In this document: piece after piece, positions 40,095-48,576 of the stretch | How the letters are laid out: every line of letters begins with the position of its first letter | How positions within the stretch are numbered: position 1 is the first letter of the stretch | Source of the DNA: an uncultured delta proteobacterium | Lineage (GTDB): Bacteria; Myxococcota_A; UBA9160; UBA4427 | Length of the DNA stretch: 64,000 bases | Reading direction: 5' to 3' | Assembly (NCBI GenBank): GCA_963822965.1 | Contig: CAWGJT010000005.1 | Span: 480,001 to 544,000, forward strand | Notes under the pieces: generated by a model | What the model saw: only the letters and a program-made list of their open reading frames with translations | What the model was told of the DNA's origin: nothing | The model's database searches: none | Program-made: the position numbers and the translations under genes

Positions 40095-40880
40095 ATGGAC
40101 TACCAGGACATCGACTATCGCGTCACGGGATCGGCGGCGGTCATCACCATCGACCGCGAGCGGCGGCTCAACGCGTTCCGCGGCCGTACCGTCGAGGAGC
40201 TGATCCACGCCTTCCAGCGAGCCTTCATCGAGAAGGGCGCGGCCTGCGTGATCCTCACCGGAGCCGGCCGGCGCGCCTTCTGCGTCGGCGGTGACCAGAA
40301 GGAGTGGGTGGAAACCGGCAGCTACGGCACCAGCCAGAACGGGCTCTTCGAGATCGAGACGCTGCACGAGGTGATCCGGACCTGTCCCAAGCCGGTGATC
40401 GCCGCCGTGAACGGATACGCGATCGGCGGGGGACACGTCCTGCACGTGCTGTGCGACGTGACCCTCGCGAGCGAGGACGCGATCTTCGGCCAGGCCGGGC
40501 CCCGCTTCGGATCCTTCGACGCCGGCTACGGCACCGCCTACCTGGCCCGGGTGGTGGGCGAGAAGCGGGCCCGGGAGATCTGGTTCTTCTGCCGGCAGTA
40601 CAGCGCGCAGCAGGCCGCCGACTGGGGTCTCGTCAACAAGGTGGTGCCCGCCGACGAGCTGATGCCCGAGGCGTTGCGGTGGGCGGACGAGGCGGCGCGG
40701 TTGAGCCCGACCGCCCTGCGCTTTCTCAAGCAGTCGTTCAACGCCGACACCGCCCACGTGGGCGGGCTGGGCCAGCTGGCCTTCGCGGGGCTCGATCTCT
40801 TCACCGAGAGCGACGAGTCGCGGGAGGGCCGCCAGGCCTTCGAGGAGAAGCGCGATCCCGACTACTCCCGGTTCCGCTGA
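40095..40880 (+). CDS. Crotonase-family MenB paralog, 2-ketocyclohexanecarboxyl-CoA hydrolase (BadI)-like
   Basis: NAFRGRTVEELI, AFCVGGDQ, GYGTAYLARVVGEKRAREIW and SPTAL...SFNADTAH resemble BadI. It has LFT where the operonic MenB has LFY. Confidence 0.75.
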   Translation: MDYQDIDYRVTGSAAVITIDRERRLNAFRGRTVEELIHAFQRAFIEKGAACVILTGAGRRAFCVGGDQKEWVETGSYGTSQNGLFEIETLHEVIRTCPKPVIAAVNGYAIGGGHVLHVLCDVTLASEDAIFGQAGPRFGSFDAGYGTAYLARVVGEKRAREIWFFCRQYSAQQAADWGLVNKVVPADELMPEALRWADEAARLSPTALRFLKQSFNADTAHVGGLGQLAFAGLDLFTESDESREGRQAFEEKRDPDYSRFR

Positions 40881-40925
40881 GTCCAGGTTCCGCTGAGTCC
40901 AGGTTTCACTGAGTCCAGGTTTCAC
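40870..40925 (+). repeat. 3.5 x 16-bp tandem duplication of the BadI-like gene 3' end
   Basis: GGTTCCGCTGAGTCCA x2, GGTTTCACTGAGTCCA, GGTTTCAC. The first copy contains the TGA stop. Confidence 0.88.
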
Positions 40926-40962
40926 AGGGGCCGCGCGCCGGCCCACCCCCGGAGCTCCCACC

Positions 40963-41937
40963 ATGTCGACCCCCACGACCGTCCATCCGACGACCTTCTC
41001 CCGGGACGCCTTCCACTTCGGCGTCACCCTGCCGCAGATCAAGCGCAGCTGGGATGAGGTGCGCGCAGCCGCGCTCGCGTTCGACGAGCTCGATTTCGAC
41101 TCGGTCTGGGCCTGCGATCATCTCTACGGCGTGCCGCTGCCGACGCTTCCCATCTTCGAAGCCTGGAGCCAGCTCGCGGCCGTGGCGGCGATCACCGAGC
41201 GGGTCGGCCTCGGCACGCTGGTCACGCCCCCCTTCTTCCGCAACCCGGCGGTGCTCGCCAAGCAGGTGACCACCATCGATCACGTCTCGTCGGGGCGCAC
41301 CATCGTGGGGCTGGGAGCCGGCTGGTTCCAGCCCGAGTTCGAGCAGACCGGCTGCCCCTTCCCGAGCCTGGGGGAGCGGATGCGGGCCCTCGAGGAGACG
41401 GCGACGATCCTGAAGGGGCTCTGGACCCAGGAGCGTTTCAGCTTCGAGGGCCGCCACTTCCGGGTACGCGATGCGGTCTCCGAACCGAAGCCCGTGCGGC
41501 GGCCTCCCATTCTCATCGGCGGCACCGGCGAGAAGGTGCTGATGGGCATCGTGGCCCGGCACGCCGACGTCTGGAACAACATGGCGGTGACCCAGGCACA
41601 GCTCGGCCAGAAGGTGGACGCCCTGCGCCGGCGCTGCGACGAGGAGGGACGCGACTTCGACACGCTCGCCGTCTCGCAGCAGTGCGTCGTGGTGATCGCC
41701 GAGACCGACGAGGAGGCGAAGACCGCCCTCGCCCGGGCCCAGAAGATCTACGGCGGACATCTCGGCGCCGGACTCGAGGAGCACGGCATCTGGGGCACGC
41801 CCCAGCGGGTGATCGACTGCATCGAGCGTCACCGCAAGCAGGGGTGCACGGGCTTCGTGATCGAGTTCTTCGGCCGGGACACGCGCGAGCCGGCGCGCCT
41901 GTTCGCCGAGAAGGTCATGCCGGCCCTGCGCAGCTGA
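40963..41937 (+). CDS. LLM-class flavin-dependent oxidoreductase
   Basis: FDSVWACDH, RNPAVLAKQVTTIDHVSSGR, GLGAGW, PPILIGG. Confidence 0.88.
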   Translation: MSTPTTVHPTTFSRDAFHFGVTLPQIKRSWDEVRAAALAFDELDFDSVWACDHLYGVPLPTLPIFEAWSQLAAVAAITERVGLGTLVTPPFFRNPAVLAKQVTTIDHVSSGRTIVGLGAGWFQPEFEQTGCPFPSLGERMRALEETATILKGLWTQERFSFEGRHFRVRDAVSEPKPVRRPPILIGGTGEKVLMGIVARHADVWNNMAVTQAQLGQKVDALRRRCDEEGRDFDTLAVSQQCVVVIAETDEEAKTALARAQKIYGGHLGAGLEEHGIWGTPQRVIDCIERHRKQGCTGFVIEFFGRDTREPARLFAEKVMPALRS

Positions 41938-41961
41938 GCCGCAAGCCTCAGGTGCCCGCGC

Positions 41962-41989
41962 CGCCCGTCCGACAAGCCCCGGACGGGCG
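41962..41989 (+). terminator. Hairpin downstream of the LLM gene
   Basis: CGCCCGTCCG-N8-CGGACGGGCG 10-bp stem. No U-tract. Confidence 0.4.
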
Positions 41990-42049
41990 CCTGTCGCGAG
42001 GGAGCCTGTTATCATGCGGCCTTCGAACCAGAGGAAGACCCCACCGCCC

Positions 42050-44248
42050 ATGCCCGTCCCCCGCACCCTCACGGCTCGCCCCTGTCGCCGCCGCCCCGCA
42101 GGTCGCTTCGGCCCTGCCCGTCTGGCTCGCTTCGCGCTCTCGGCGCTGCTCGTCTCCCTGTGGCTGGCCGCCGCCGGTCCCGCGGAGGCCGCGCTGTCGT
42201 GCGACCGGGTGCCGGAGCTGCTGCGCGCCTACCTGAACAAGCACTACTCGTTCCGATACCTGAACGACGAGCTGCGCAATCGCACCGTGGAGTCCTACAT
42301 CAAGCGGCTCGACCCCTCGAAGTCGCTCTACCTCACCGCCGAGAAGGAGAAGCTCGCCGCCGATCTGCAGGGGGTCTTCCACGACGTCCGGAGCGGCGAC
42401 TGCGGCAGGCTGCTCGCCATCCGCGACGACATCATCAAGCGATACGAGAACATGCAGGCCTTCGTGGAGGCCTTCGTCGGCAGCGACGACTACGTGCTCG
42501 ACCCGACCGTCGAGCTGATCATCGATCCCGACCAGCGCGCGCGACCGCGCACCGTCGAGGAGCGGAACGACCTCTACCGGCGGCTCGTCCACTTCCAGAT
42601 GTCGAACTACATGGCCAACGGCGAGAAGCTGCCCGACGCCAAGCACAAGCTGATCCACCGTTACGAGCTGATGACCCTGCGCGCGAAGGAGCAGGACGAG
42701 GACGACGTCTACGCGGCCTTCCTCGATTCCTTCGCCACCGCTCTCGATCCCCACTCCAACTACTTCACCGCCGAGGCGGTGGAGGACTTCCAGATCGGAA
42801 TGGAGCTGTCGCTCGAGGGCATCGGCGTGGCCCTCACCTCCCGCGACGGCTACTCGGTGGTGGAGAAGATCATCCCGGGCGGCGCCGCGGACAAGGTCGG
42901 CGGCATCAAGCCGCAGGACAAGATCATCGCGGTGGCCCAGGAAGAAGGTGAGTTCGTCGACATCATCGACATGGACCTACGCGACGTGGTTCGCCTGATT
43001 CGCGGCAAGCGCGGCACGACGGTGCGGCTCTCGATCCTGCGTCAAGGCGAGCAGACCGAGCGCCTCGTGTTGAGCATCGTCCGCGACAAGGTCAAGCTCG
43101 AGGACCAGGCGGCCGCCCTGCGCTTCGAAGAGGTCGACGACGGCAACGGCAAGAAGCTGAAGCTGGCCGTGCTCGAGCTGCCCTCGTTCTACGGCGGCCG
43201 CAACCCGACGGAGCGGCAGAGCTCCCGCGACATGCGTGAGCTTCTCCGGAAGGTGAAGGAAGAGAAGGCGGACGGCCTGCTCCTCGACCTCTCCCGGAAC
43301 GGCGGCGGCCTGCTCGAGAACTCGGTGGAGATCGCGGGCTTCTTCATCCGCAACGGCGGCGTGGTCGCGGTGAAGGACAGCTTCTCCAAGGTGCAGGTGC
43401 TTCGCGACCCCGACGATTCGCTGCTCTACGACGGACCGATGGTGCTGCTCACCTCGCGGGTATCCGCCTCGGCCTCGGAGATCGTGGCGGGTGCGATGAA
43501 GGACTACCGGCGGGCCGTGGTCGTCGGAGACGACCACACCTTCGGCAAGGGAACCGTGCAGAGCATGGTCCCCCTGCCCCGCGACCTCGGCGCCCTCAAG
43601 GTGACGACCGCCCTCTTCTTCCGCCCCGGCGGACACTCGACCCAGCACGAGGGCGTGACTGCCGACATCGTCTTCCCGTCGCTGTACGCGGCCGGAGAGC
43701 TCGGCGAGAAGTACCAGGACTACTCCCTGCCCAGCCAGAGCATCGATCCCTTCCTCGACGCGTCTTCGACGCCGGCCCCGAACGCGAGCGACGAGAGCTA
43801 CTGGCCGGCGGTCACGCCCGAGCTGATCCAGAAGCTGGCCGCGCGCTCGGCCGACCGGGTGGCGAAGAGCGAGGAGTTCGCCGACATCCGCAAGCAGATC
43901 GCCGAGACCGAGGAGCGCAACGGCGTCCTCCACATCTCCGACATCTACAAGCCGGAGGAGAACTCGCAGAGGTCGGCCGAGGGCGCCGAGAAGGACGGCA
44001 AGAAGACGGAGAAGAGCGAGGGCGCCAAGACGGACAAGTCGGAGAAGACCGATCAGGCCGGCACGGGCCTGCCCGAGAACGGATCCGTGGCCTCGACGGC
44101 GGGCGAGGGCTCGCAATCGGGCGACCTGGCGCACATCCCGCCGGCCGGCCGGTCCGAAGGCGAGGGCGACGCAGACAGCACCGAGCTCTCCCCGCAGCAG
44201 CGCGAGGCGCTCCAGATCCTCGCGGACTTCGTCCGACTGGAGGGCTGA
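42050..44248 (+). CDS. prc: Carboxy-terminal processing (tail-specific) protease, S41 family
   Basis: Signal peptide, LDPHSNY, PDZ GIGVAL, LDLSRNGGG, SASASEIVAGAM, TFGKGTVQ. Alternative start at 42014. Confidence 0.92.
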   Translation: MPVPRTLTARPCRRRPAGRFGPARLARFALSALLVSLWLAAAGPAEAALSCDRVPELLRAYLNKHYSFRYLNDELRNRTVESYIKRLDPSKSLYLTAEKEKLAADLQGVFHDVRSGDCGRLLAIRDDIIKRYENMQAFVEAFVGSDDYVLDPTVELIIDPDQRARPRTVEERNDLYRRLVHFQMSNYMANGEKLPDAKHKLIHRYELMTLRAKEQDEDDVYAAFLDSFATALDPHSNYFTAEAVEDFQIGMELSLEGIGVALTSRDGYSVVEKIIPGGAADKVGGIKPQDKIIAVAQEEGEFVDIIDMDLRDVVRLIRGKRGTTVRLSILRQGEQTERLVLSIVRDKVKLEDQAAALRFEEVDDGNGKKLKLAVLELPSFYGGRNPTERQSSRDMRELLRKVKEEKADGLLLDLSRNGGGLLENSVEIAGFFIRNGGVVAVKDSFSKVQVLRDPDDSLLYDGPMVLLTSRVSASASEIVAGAMKDYRRAVVVGDDHTFGKGTVQSMVPLPRDLGALKVTTALFFRPGGHSTQHEGVTADIVFPSLYAAGELGEKYQDYSLPSQSIDPFLDASSTPAPNASDESYWPAVTPELIQKLAARSADRVAKSEEFADIRKQIAETEERNGVLHISDIYKPEENSQRSAEGAEKDGKKTEKSEGAKTDKSEKTDQAGTGLPENGSVASTAGEGSQSGDLAHIPPAGRSEGEGDADSTELSPQQREALQILADFVRLEG

Positions 44249-44252
44249 TTCT

Positions 44253-44320
44253 GGCCGCCGGAGAGCCCCCGCACACGGCCGCCGGAGGGCCCCCGCACAC
44301 GGCCGCCGGAGAGCCCCCGC
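44253..44320 (+). repeat. ~3 x 24-bp tandem repeat directly after the prc stop
   Basis: GGCCGCCGGAG(A/G)GCCCCCGCACAC. In frame with the next small ORF (AAGEPPHT units). Confidence 0.88.
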
Positions 44321-44346
44321 GCAAGTCCTCCGGAACGGGCCTGCGC

Positions 44347-44601
44347 GTGGCCGCCGGCATCGCGCTGGCGGCCCTCTTCTTCGGCGCCATGTTCTACGTC
44401 ACCGCCGCCGAGACCGCCGTCGAGTGCACGGTGTGCATCCGCTTCGGCCCCGGCGAGAACTGCGCCACGGTCTCGGGCCCCGACCGCGACCAGGCGATGA
44501 GCCAGGCCGCAACCACCGCCTGCGCGCCCCTCTCGAGTGGTGTCACCGAAGGCATGGAGTGCAACCGCACCCCCCCGCGGTCGGCCACCTGCACGGATTG
44601 A
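44347..44601 (+). CDS. Small membrane-anchored Cys-rich hypothetical protein
   Basis: TM GIALAALFFGAMFYV followed by 6 Cys (CTVC...C...C...C...C). May start upstream at CTG 44251. Confidence 0.65.
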   Translation: MAAGIALAALFFGAMFYVTAAETAVECTVCIRFGPGENCATVSGPDRDQAMSQAATTACAPLSSGVTEGMECNRTPPRSATCTD

Positions 44602-44674
44602 GCCGGGACGCTCTGCTACGTTCGCCGGCGGCGGGATTCCGAAACCTCCTCCCGCCACGGACATCGGAGCCTCC

Positions 44675-45322
44675 ATGAGTCTCGAAGCCCTCGACCCCAC
44701 CACCCGGGAGCGGATCGCCTCCCTGGTCGCGCAGAACGACGTGATGCTCTTCATGAAGGGCAACCGGAGAGCCCCCCAGTGCGGGTTCTCGGCCACTGTC
44801 GTGCAGATCCTGGACACGCTGATGCCCGAGTACGCGACGGCGGACGTCCTGTCGGACCCGGCCCTGCGGGAAGGCATCAAGGTCTACTCGTCCTGGCCGA
44901 CGATTCCCCAGCTCTACCTGAAGGGCGAGTTCGTCGGCGGCTGCGACATCATCCAGGAGCTCTTCGGCTCGGGGGAGCTGCACGAGATGCTGGGGATCCA
45001 GCTCGACCTGGACGCGGAGCCGCAGATCACGATCAGCGACGAGGCCTCCCAGGCGCTGCAGCAGGCCGTGGCCGGGGCGGCCGGCGACGGCCGGGAGCTG
45101 CACCTCGCCATCGACGCCCTCTACCAGGCCAGCCTGGCCATGGCCCCACGCGGACCGCGCGACATCGAGATCGACGCCAACGGCGTCAAGCTGCTGGTGG
45201 ATCCCGTGAGCGCCCAGCGGGCCGACGGCGTGGTCATCGACGCCGTCGAGACGGCGCGTGGGGTCGGCTTCCGCATCGAGAACCCGAACGATCCCAAGGC
45301 CCAGCCGGGTGCGGGAGCCTGA
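44675..45322 (+). CDS. grxD: Monothiol glutaredoxin Grx4 fused to a Cys-less HesB/IscA-like domain
   Basis: LFMKG...PQCGFS, WPTIPQLY, GGCDI. The C-terminal ITISDEA...LLVDPVS...GFRIENPN resembles the A-type carrier fold. Confidence 0.88.
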   Translation: MSLEALDPTTRERIASLVAQNDVMLFMKGNRRAPQCGFSATVVQILDTLMPEYATADVLSDPALREGIKVYSSWPTIPQLYLKGEFVGGCDIIQELFGSGELHEMLGIQLDLDAEPQITISDEASQALQQAVAGAAGDGRELHLAIDALYQASLAMAPRGPRDIEIDANGVKLLVDPVSAQRADGVVIDAVETARGVGFRIENPNDPKAQPGAGA

Positions 45323-45328
45323 CGGATC

Positions 45329-45604
45329 GTGGCCCTGCAGATCCTCAACGCGGGCCCCGATCCGGACGAGATCGCCGGTCGGATCCGCGACGCCATCGCC
45401 GCCGCGATCCAGGGAGCCCAGGTGGAGGTGACCGCGCGCGGCCCCGGGCACTTCGAGGTGCGGGTCGTCTCCCAGGCTTTCGAAGGGCGAAGCCGGGTGC
45501 AGCAGCACCAGCTCGTCTACGGGGCCATCACCGAGCTCATGAGCGGCCCCCAGGCCCCCGTGCACGCCATCGACCGGCTGGAGTGCGTGACACCGGCTAG
45601 CTGA
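45329..45604 (+). CDS. BolA/IbaG family protein
   Basis: GHFEVRVVSQAFEGRSRVQQHQLVY...VHAI. Adjacent to grxD. Confidence 0.9.
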   Translation: MALQILNAGPDPDEIAGRIRDAIAAAIQGAQVEVTARGPGHFEVRVVSQAFEGRSRVQQHQLVYGAITELMSGPQAPVHAIDRLECVTPAS

Positions 45605-45626
45605 GGGAGCCCGTTGGGCTCCCTTT
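45604..45626 (+). terminator. Intrinsic terminator after the bolA-family gene
   Basis: AGGGAGCCC-GTT-GGGCTCCCT followed by TT. Confidence 0.6.
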
Positions 45627-45647
45627 GCGGCCCGGCGTGCAGGGGCG

Positions 45648-47054
45648 TCACACGAGCCCGAAGCTTCGAGCGCTCTCGCCGCGGGCAATCTCGACCACCG
45701 TCTCCAGCCCTCGGACCAGCGACGCCCGGTCCGCGGCTCCCGAGAACGAGAGGCGAACCGCCCGGGGTGCGGGGCCGGCCCCCAGGTGGAAGGCGTCCGC
45801 CGGCGTCAGGATCACGCCCCGCTCCCGGGCCGCGTTCGCGAACGCGGTCGCGTTCCATCCCCCTCCCAGCTCCAGCCATGCGTGATAGGCGGTCGGTGCC
45901 GAGCGCAGCCGGAAGTCTCCCGGCAGGGTCGCCAGCACCTCCACGGCCAGGGCCTGGCGCGCCGCTGCCTCCTCCCTTCGCCCGGCGGCGACGCGCGAGA
46001 AGGTGCCGTCGCGAATCCAGCCGGAGGCCAGTGCGCACGCGATCGGCGAGACCATCCAGATGGTCCCCCACACCTGCAGGGTGACGCGCTCGCGCAGCCC
46101 GTCGGGCACGGCCAGGTAGCCGATGCGCAGGGACGGAGCCAGGCTCTTCGAGAGCGTCGCGATGTAGATCGATCGCTCGGGGGCGAGCCGCGCGACGGGC
46201 GGCGGCGCGTCCGGAGCCAGCATGCGGTGGACGTCGTCCTCGACGACGCCCACGTCGTAGCGCGACGCGATCTCGGCAATGGCCTCGCGCCGCGCGAGGG
46301 GCAGCGTCGAGGTCGTCGGATTCTGCAGGGTCGGCGACAGGTACAGGGCCCGCGGCCGGCTGCGGGCGCACACCTCGGCGAACGATTCGGGCACGATGCC
46401 GTTGCCGTCCACGGCGACGGGCTCGATGCGGAGGTCACGCGACTCGGCTGCAGCGCGGAAGCCCGGGTAGGTGAGCGCCTCGACGGCGACTGCGTCTCCC
46501 GGGCGACAGAAGGTTGCGAGCCCGACCGCCAGGCCGTGCTGTCCGCCCGCGCAGATCACCACGCGATCCGCCGGTACCTCCATCCCGTGCTCGCGCAGGG
46601 CCACGACGCCGGCCTCGCGATCCTCGAGGCCGCCTTCGGGAGGGCGGTAGCCGAGGAGTCGGTCGCTGCGCGGGTCGTCGGCGAGCGCACGCAGCGCCGC
46701 CGCCAGGTCGGGGGCCGGTTGGGGGACGGGGACGTTGAGCCCGAGGTCGATCGTCTCGGTGGCGTCCTGCGCTGCGCGTCCGAAGCGTTCGCCGACACCC
46801 GGAGACGGGGCGCCTCCCACGAAGGTGCCGCGCCCCACCTCGCCGCGGATCCAGCCGGCCCGCTCGCATTGCGCATAGGCACGCGACACGGTTCCGACGT
46901 TCACCCCCAGGCGCTCGGCGAGATCCCGATGGGTGGGCAGCCGCGCTCCCCGGGCGAGGACGCCGCGGCGTACGTCCGCCTCGATGGCGCGAGCGATGGA
47001 GAGATACAGGGGGAGATCCGGCTCGGCGGGGATCTCGGGGGTCCAAATTGTCAT
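45648..47054 (-). CDS. MocR/GabR family (GntR HTH + PLP aminotransferase domain) regulator
   Basis: PLYLSIARAI...RLPTHRDLAERLGVNVGTVSRAY...GRGTFV, PTLQNPT, EDD, LSKSLAPSLRIGY. Confidence 0.92.
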   Translation of the reverse strand: MTIWTPEIPAEPDLPLYLSIARAIEADVRRGVLARGARLPTHRDLAERLGVNVGTVSRAYAQCERAGWIRGEVGRGTFVGGAPSPGVGERFGRAAQDATETIDLGLNVPVPQPAPDLAAALRALADDPRSDRLLGYRPPEGGLEDREAGVVALREHGMEVPADRVVICAGGQHGLAVGLATFCRPGDAVAVEALTYPGFRAAAESRDLRIEPVAVDGNGIVPESFAEVCARSRPRALYLSPTLQNPTTSTLPLARREAIAEIASRYDVGVVEDDVHRMLAPDAPPPVARLAPERSIYIATLSKSLAPSLRIGYLAVPDGLRERVTLQVWGTIWMVSPIACALASGWIRDGTFSRVAAGRREEAAARQALAVEVLATLPGDFRLRSAPTAYHAWLELGGGWNATAFANAARERGVILTPADAFHLGAGPAPRAVRLSFSGAADRASLVRGLETVVEIARGESARSFGLV

Positions 47055-47122
47055 GGTGACAATTGAAGCATTGAATCGGTCAAAGTGGCAAGTACAATCG
47101 GGCTCATTGACCCGAATCAATG
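47046..47122. promoter_or_regulatory. Candidate MocR operator array
   Basis: AATTGTCA-N3-TGACAATT over the regulator start codon, and CATTGA-N6-TCAATG (47105-47122), in an AT-rich divergent spacer. Confidence 0.6.
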
Positions 47123-47151
47123 CGCCCATCCAGCCGACTCTGACAGCCAGG

Positions 47152-48507
47152 ATGAATCCGATGAAGCTTCTCGACGACGTGGCCCGCCGGGCCGACCGCT
47201 ACCTCGCCTCGCTGGATGCGCGCCCCGTCTTCCCGGCCGCTGCGGACGTCGATCGGCTCGCCGACTTCCTGGCCGTCCCCCTGCCGACGGAGCCCACCGA
47301 CCCCGAGCGAGTGCTCGCCGACCTCGATCACTTCGGCTCTCCGTCCACCACCGCCACCGCCGGCGGGCGCTACTTCGGGCTGGTGATCGGCGGGGCGCTC
47401 CCCGCGTCGCTGGCGGCCAGCTGGCTGGCCACGGCCTGGGACCAGAACGCCGGCCTCCGCATGGCGTCGCCCGCGGCGGCCGACTTCGAGCGCGCGGCCC
47501 TGCGCGATCTGCTCGACGTGCTCGGCCTGCCGGAGACGAGCGAGGCGGCCTTCGTGACCGGCGCCACCATGGCCACGTTCAGCGCGCTGCTCGCGGCCCG
47601 TCACGCGCTGCTCGCGCGCAGCGGCTGGGACGTGGACGCGCGCGGTCTCTTCGGGGCGCCCGACCTGCCCGTGGTCGTGAGCGAGGACATCCACCCCTCG
47701 CTCCGCAAGGCGCTCGGCATGCTGGGGCTCGGCCGCGACCGGGTGACCCTGCTGCCCGTCGACGGCCAGGGCCGGATCCGCCCCGATTCCCTGGCTCGGG
47801 CGATCGACCGCCCCAGCATCGTGTGCGCCCAGGCGGGCAACGTGAACACCGGCGCCTTCGATCCCTTCGAGGCACTGTGCGAGCACGCCGAACGAACGCA
47901 GAGCTGGCTCCACGTCGACGGCGCCTTTGGCCTCTGGGCCGCCGCCGCGCCGGGGCGGCGACACCTCGTGCAGGGCATCGAAGGCGCCTCGTCGTGGGCC
48001 ACCGACGCCCACAAGTGGCTCAACGTGCCCTACGACTCGGGCATCGCCTTCGTGCGCGACGGCGACGCCCTGCGCGCGGCGTGCTCGCTGGACGCCGCGT
48101 ACATCCAGCACGGCGCAGTACGGGAGCCCAGCGCGACGACCCCGGAGATGTCGCGACGAGCCCGGGGCATCGAGATCTGGGCGGCGCTGCGCACCCTCGG
48201 CCGCGCCGGCGTCGCGGACCTCGTGGAGCGTTGCTGCCGGCATGCCACTCGCTTCGCCGAAGGCCTCACGGAGGCGGGCTTCGAGATCCTGAACGACGTG
48301 GTGCTGAACCAGGTGCTGGTCTCGTTCGGCTCCGAGCAGGACACCCGCAGCGCGATCGACGCGATCCAGCGGGACGGCACCTGCTGGTGTGGCGCCACCG
48401 TCTTCCAGGGACGGAGCGCCATGCGCATCAGCGTGTCGTCCTGGGCGACCACGGACGACGACGTCGAGCGCAGCCTCCAGGCGATGGTGCGGGCCGCGCG
48501 CGGCTGA
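47152..48507 (+). CDS. Group II PLP-dependent amino acid decarboxylase
   Basis: RYFGLVIGG, GNVNTGAFD, LHVDGAFG, SWATDAHKWLNVPYDSG. Confidence 0.88.
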   Translation: MNPMKLLDDVARRADRYLASLDARPVFPAAADVDRLADFLAVPLPTEPTDPERVLADLDHFGSPSTTATAGGRYFGLVIGGALPASLAASWLATAWDQNAGLRMASPAAADFERAALRDLLDVLGLPETSEAAFVTGATMATFSALLAARHALLARSGWDVDARGLFGAPDLPVVVSEDIHPSLRKALGMLGLGRDRVTLLPVDGQGRIRPDSLARAIDRPSIVCAQAGNVNTGAFDPFEALCEHAERTQSWLHVDGAFGLWAAAAPGRRHLVQGIEGASSWATDAHKWLNVPYDSGIAFVRDGDALRAACSLDAAYIQHGAVREPSATTPEMSRRARGIEIWAALRTLGRAGVADLVERCCRHATRFAEGLTEAGFEILNDVVLNQVLVSFGSEQDTRSAIDAIQRDGTCWCGATVFQGRSAMRISVSSWATTDDDVERSLQAMVRAARG

Positions 48508-48510
48508 CGG

Positions 48511-48534
48511 ACCGAATCCTTCGGATTCGTTCGC
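48511..48534. repeat. REP-like short palindrome, copy 2
   Basis: ACCGAATCCTTCGGATTCGTTCGC with a C(TTCG)G tetraloop-type hairpin, between convergent genes. Confidence 0.6.
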
Positions 48535-48576
48535 GGCGCCGGACGGCCGTCTCCGCACGGCTGGGTCTGCCAGCGC

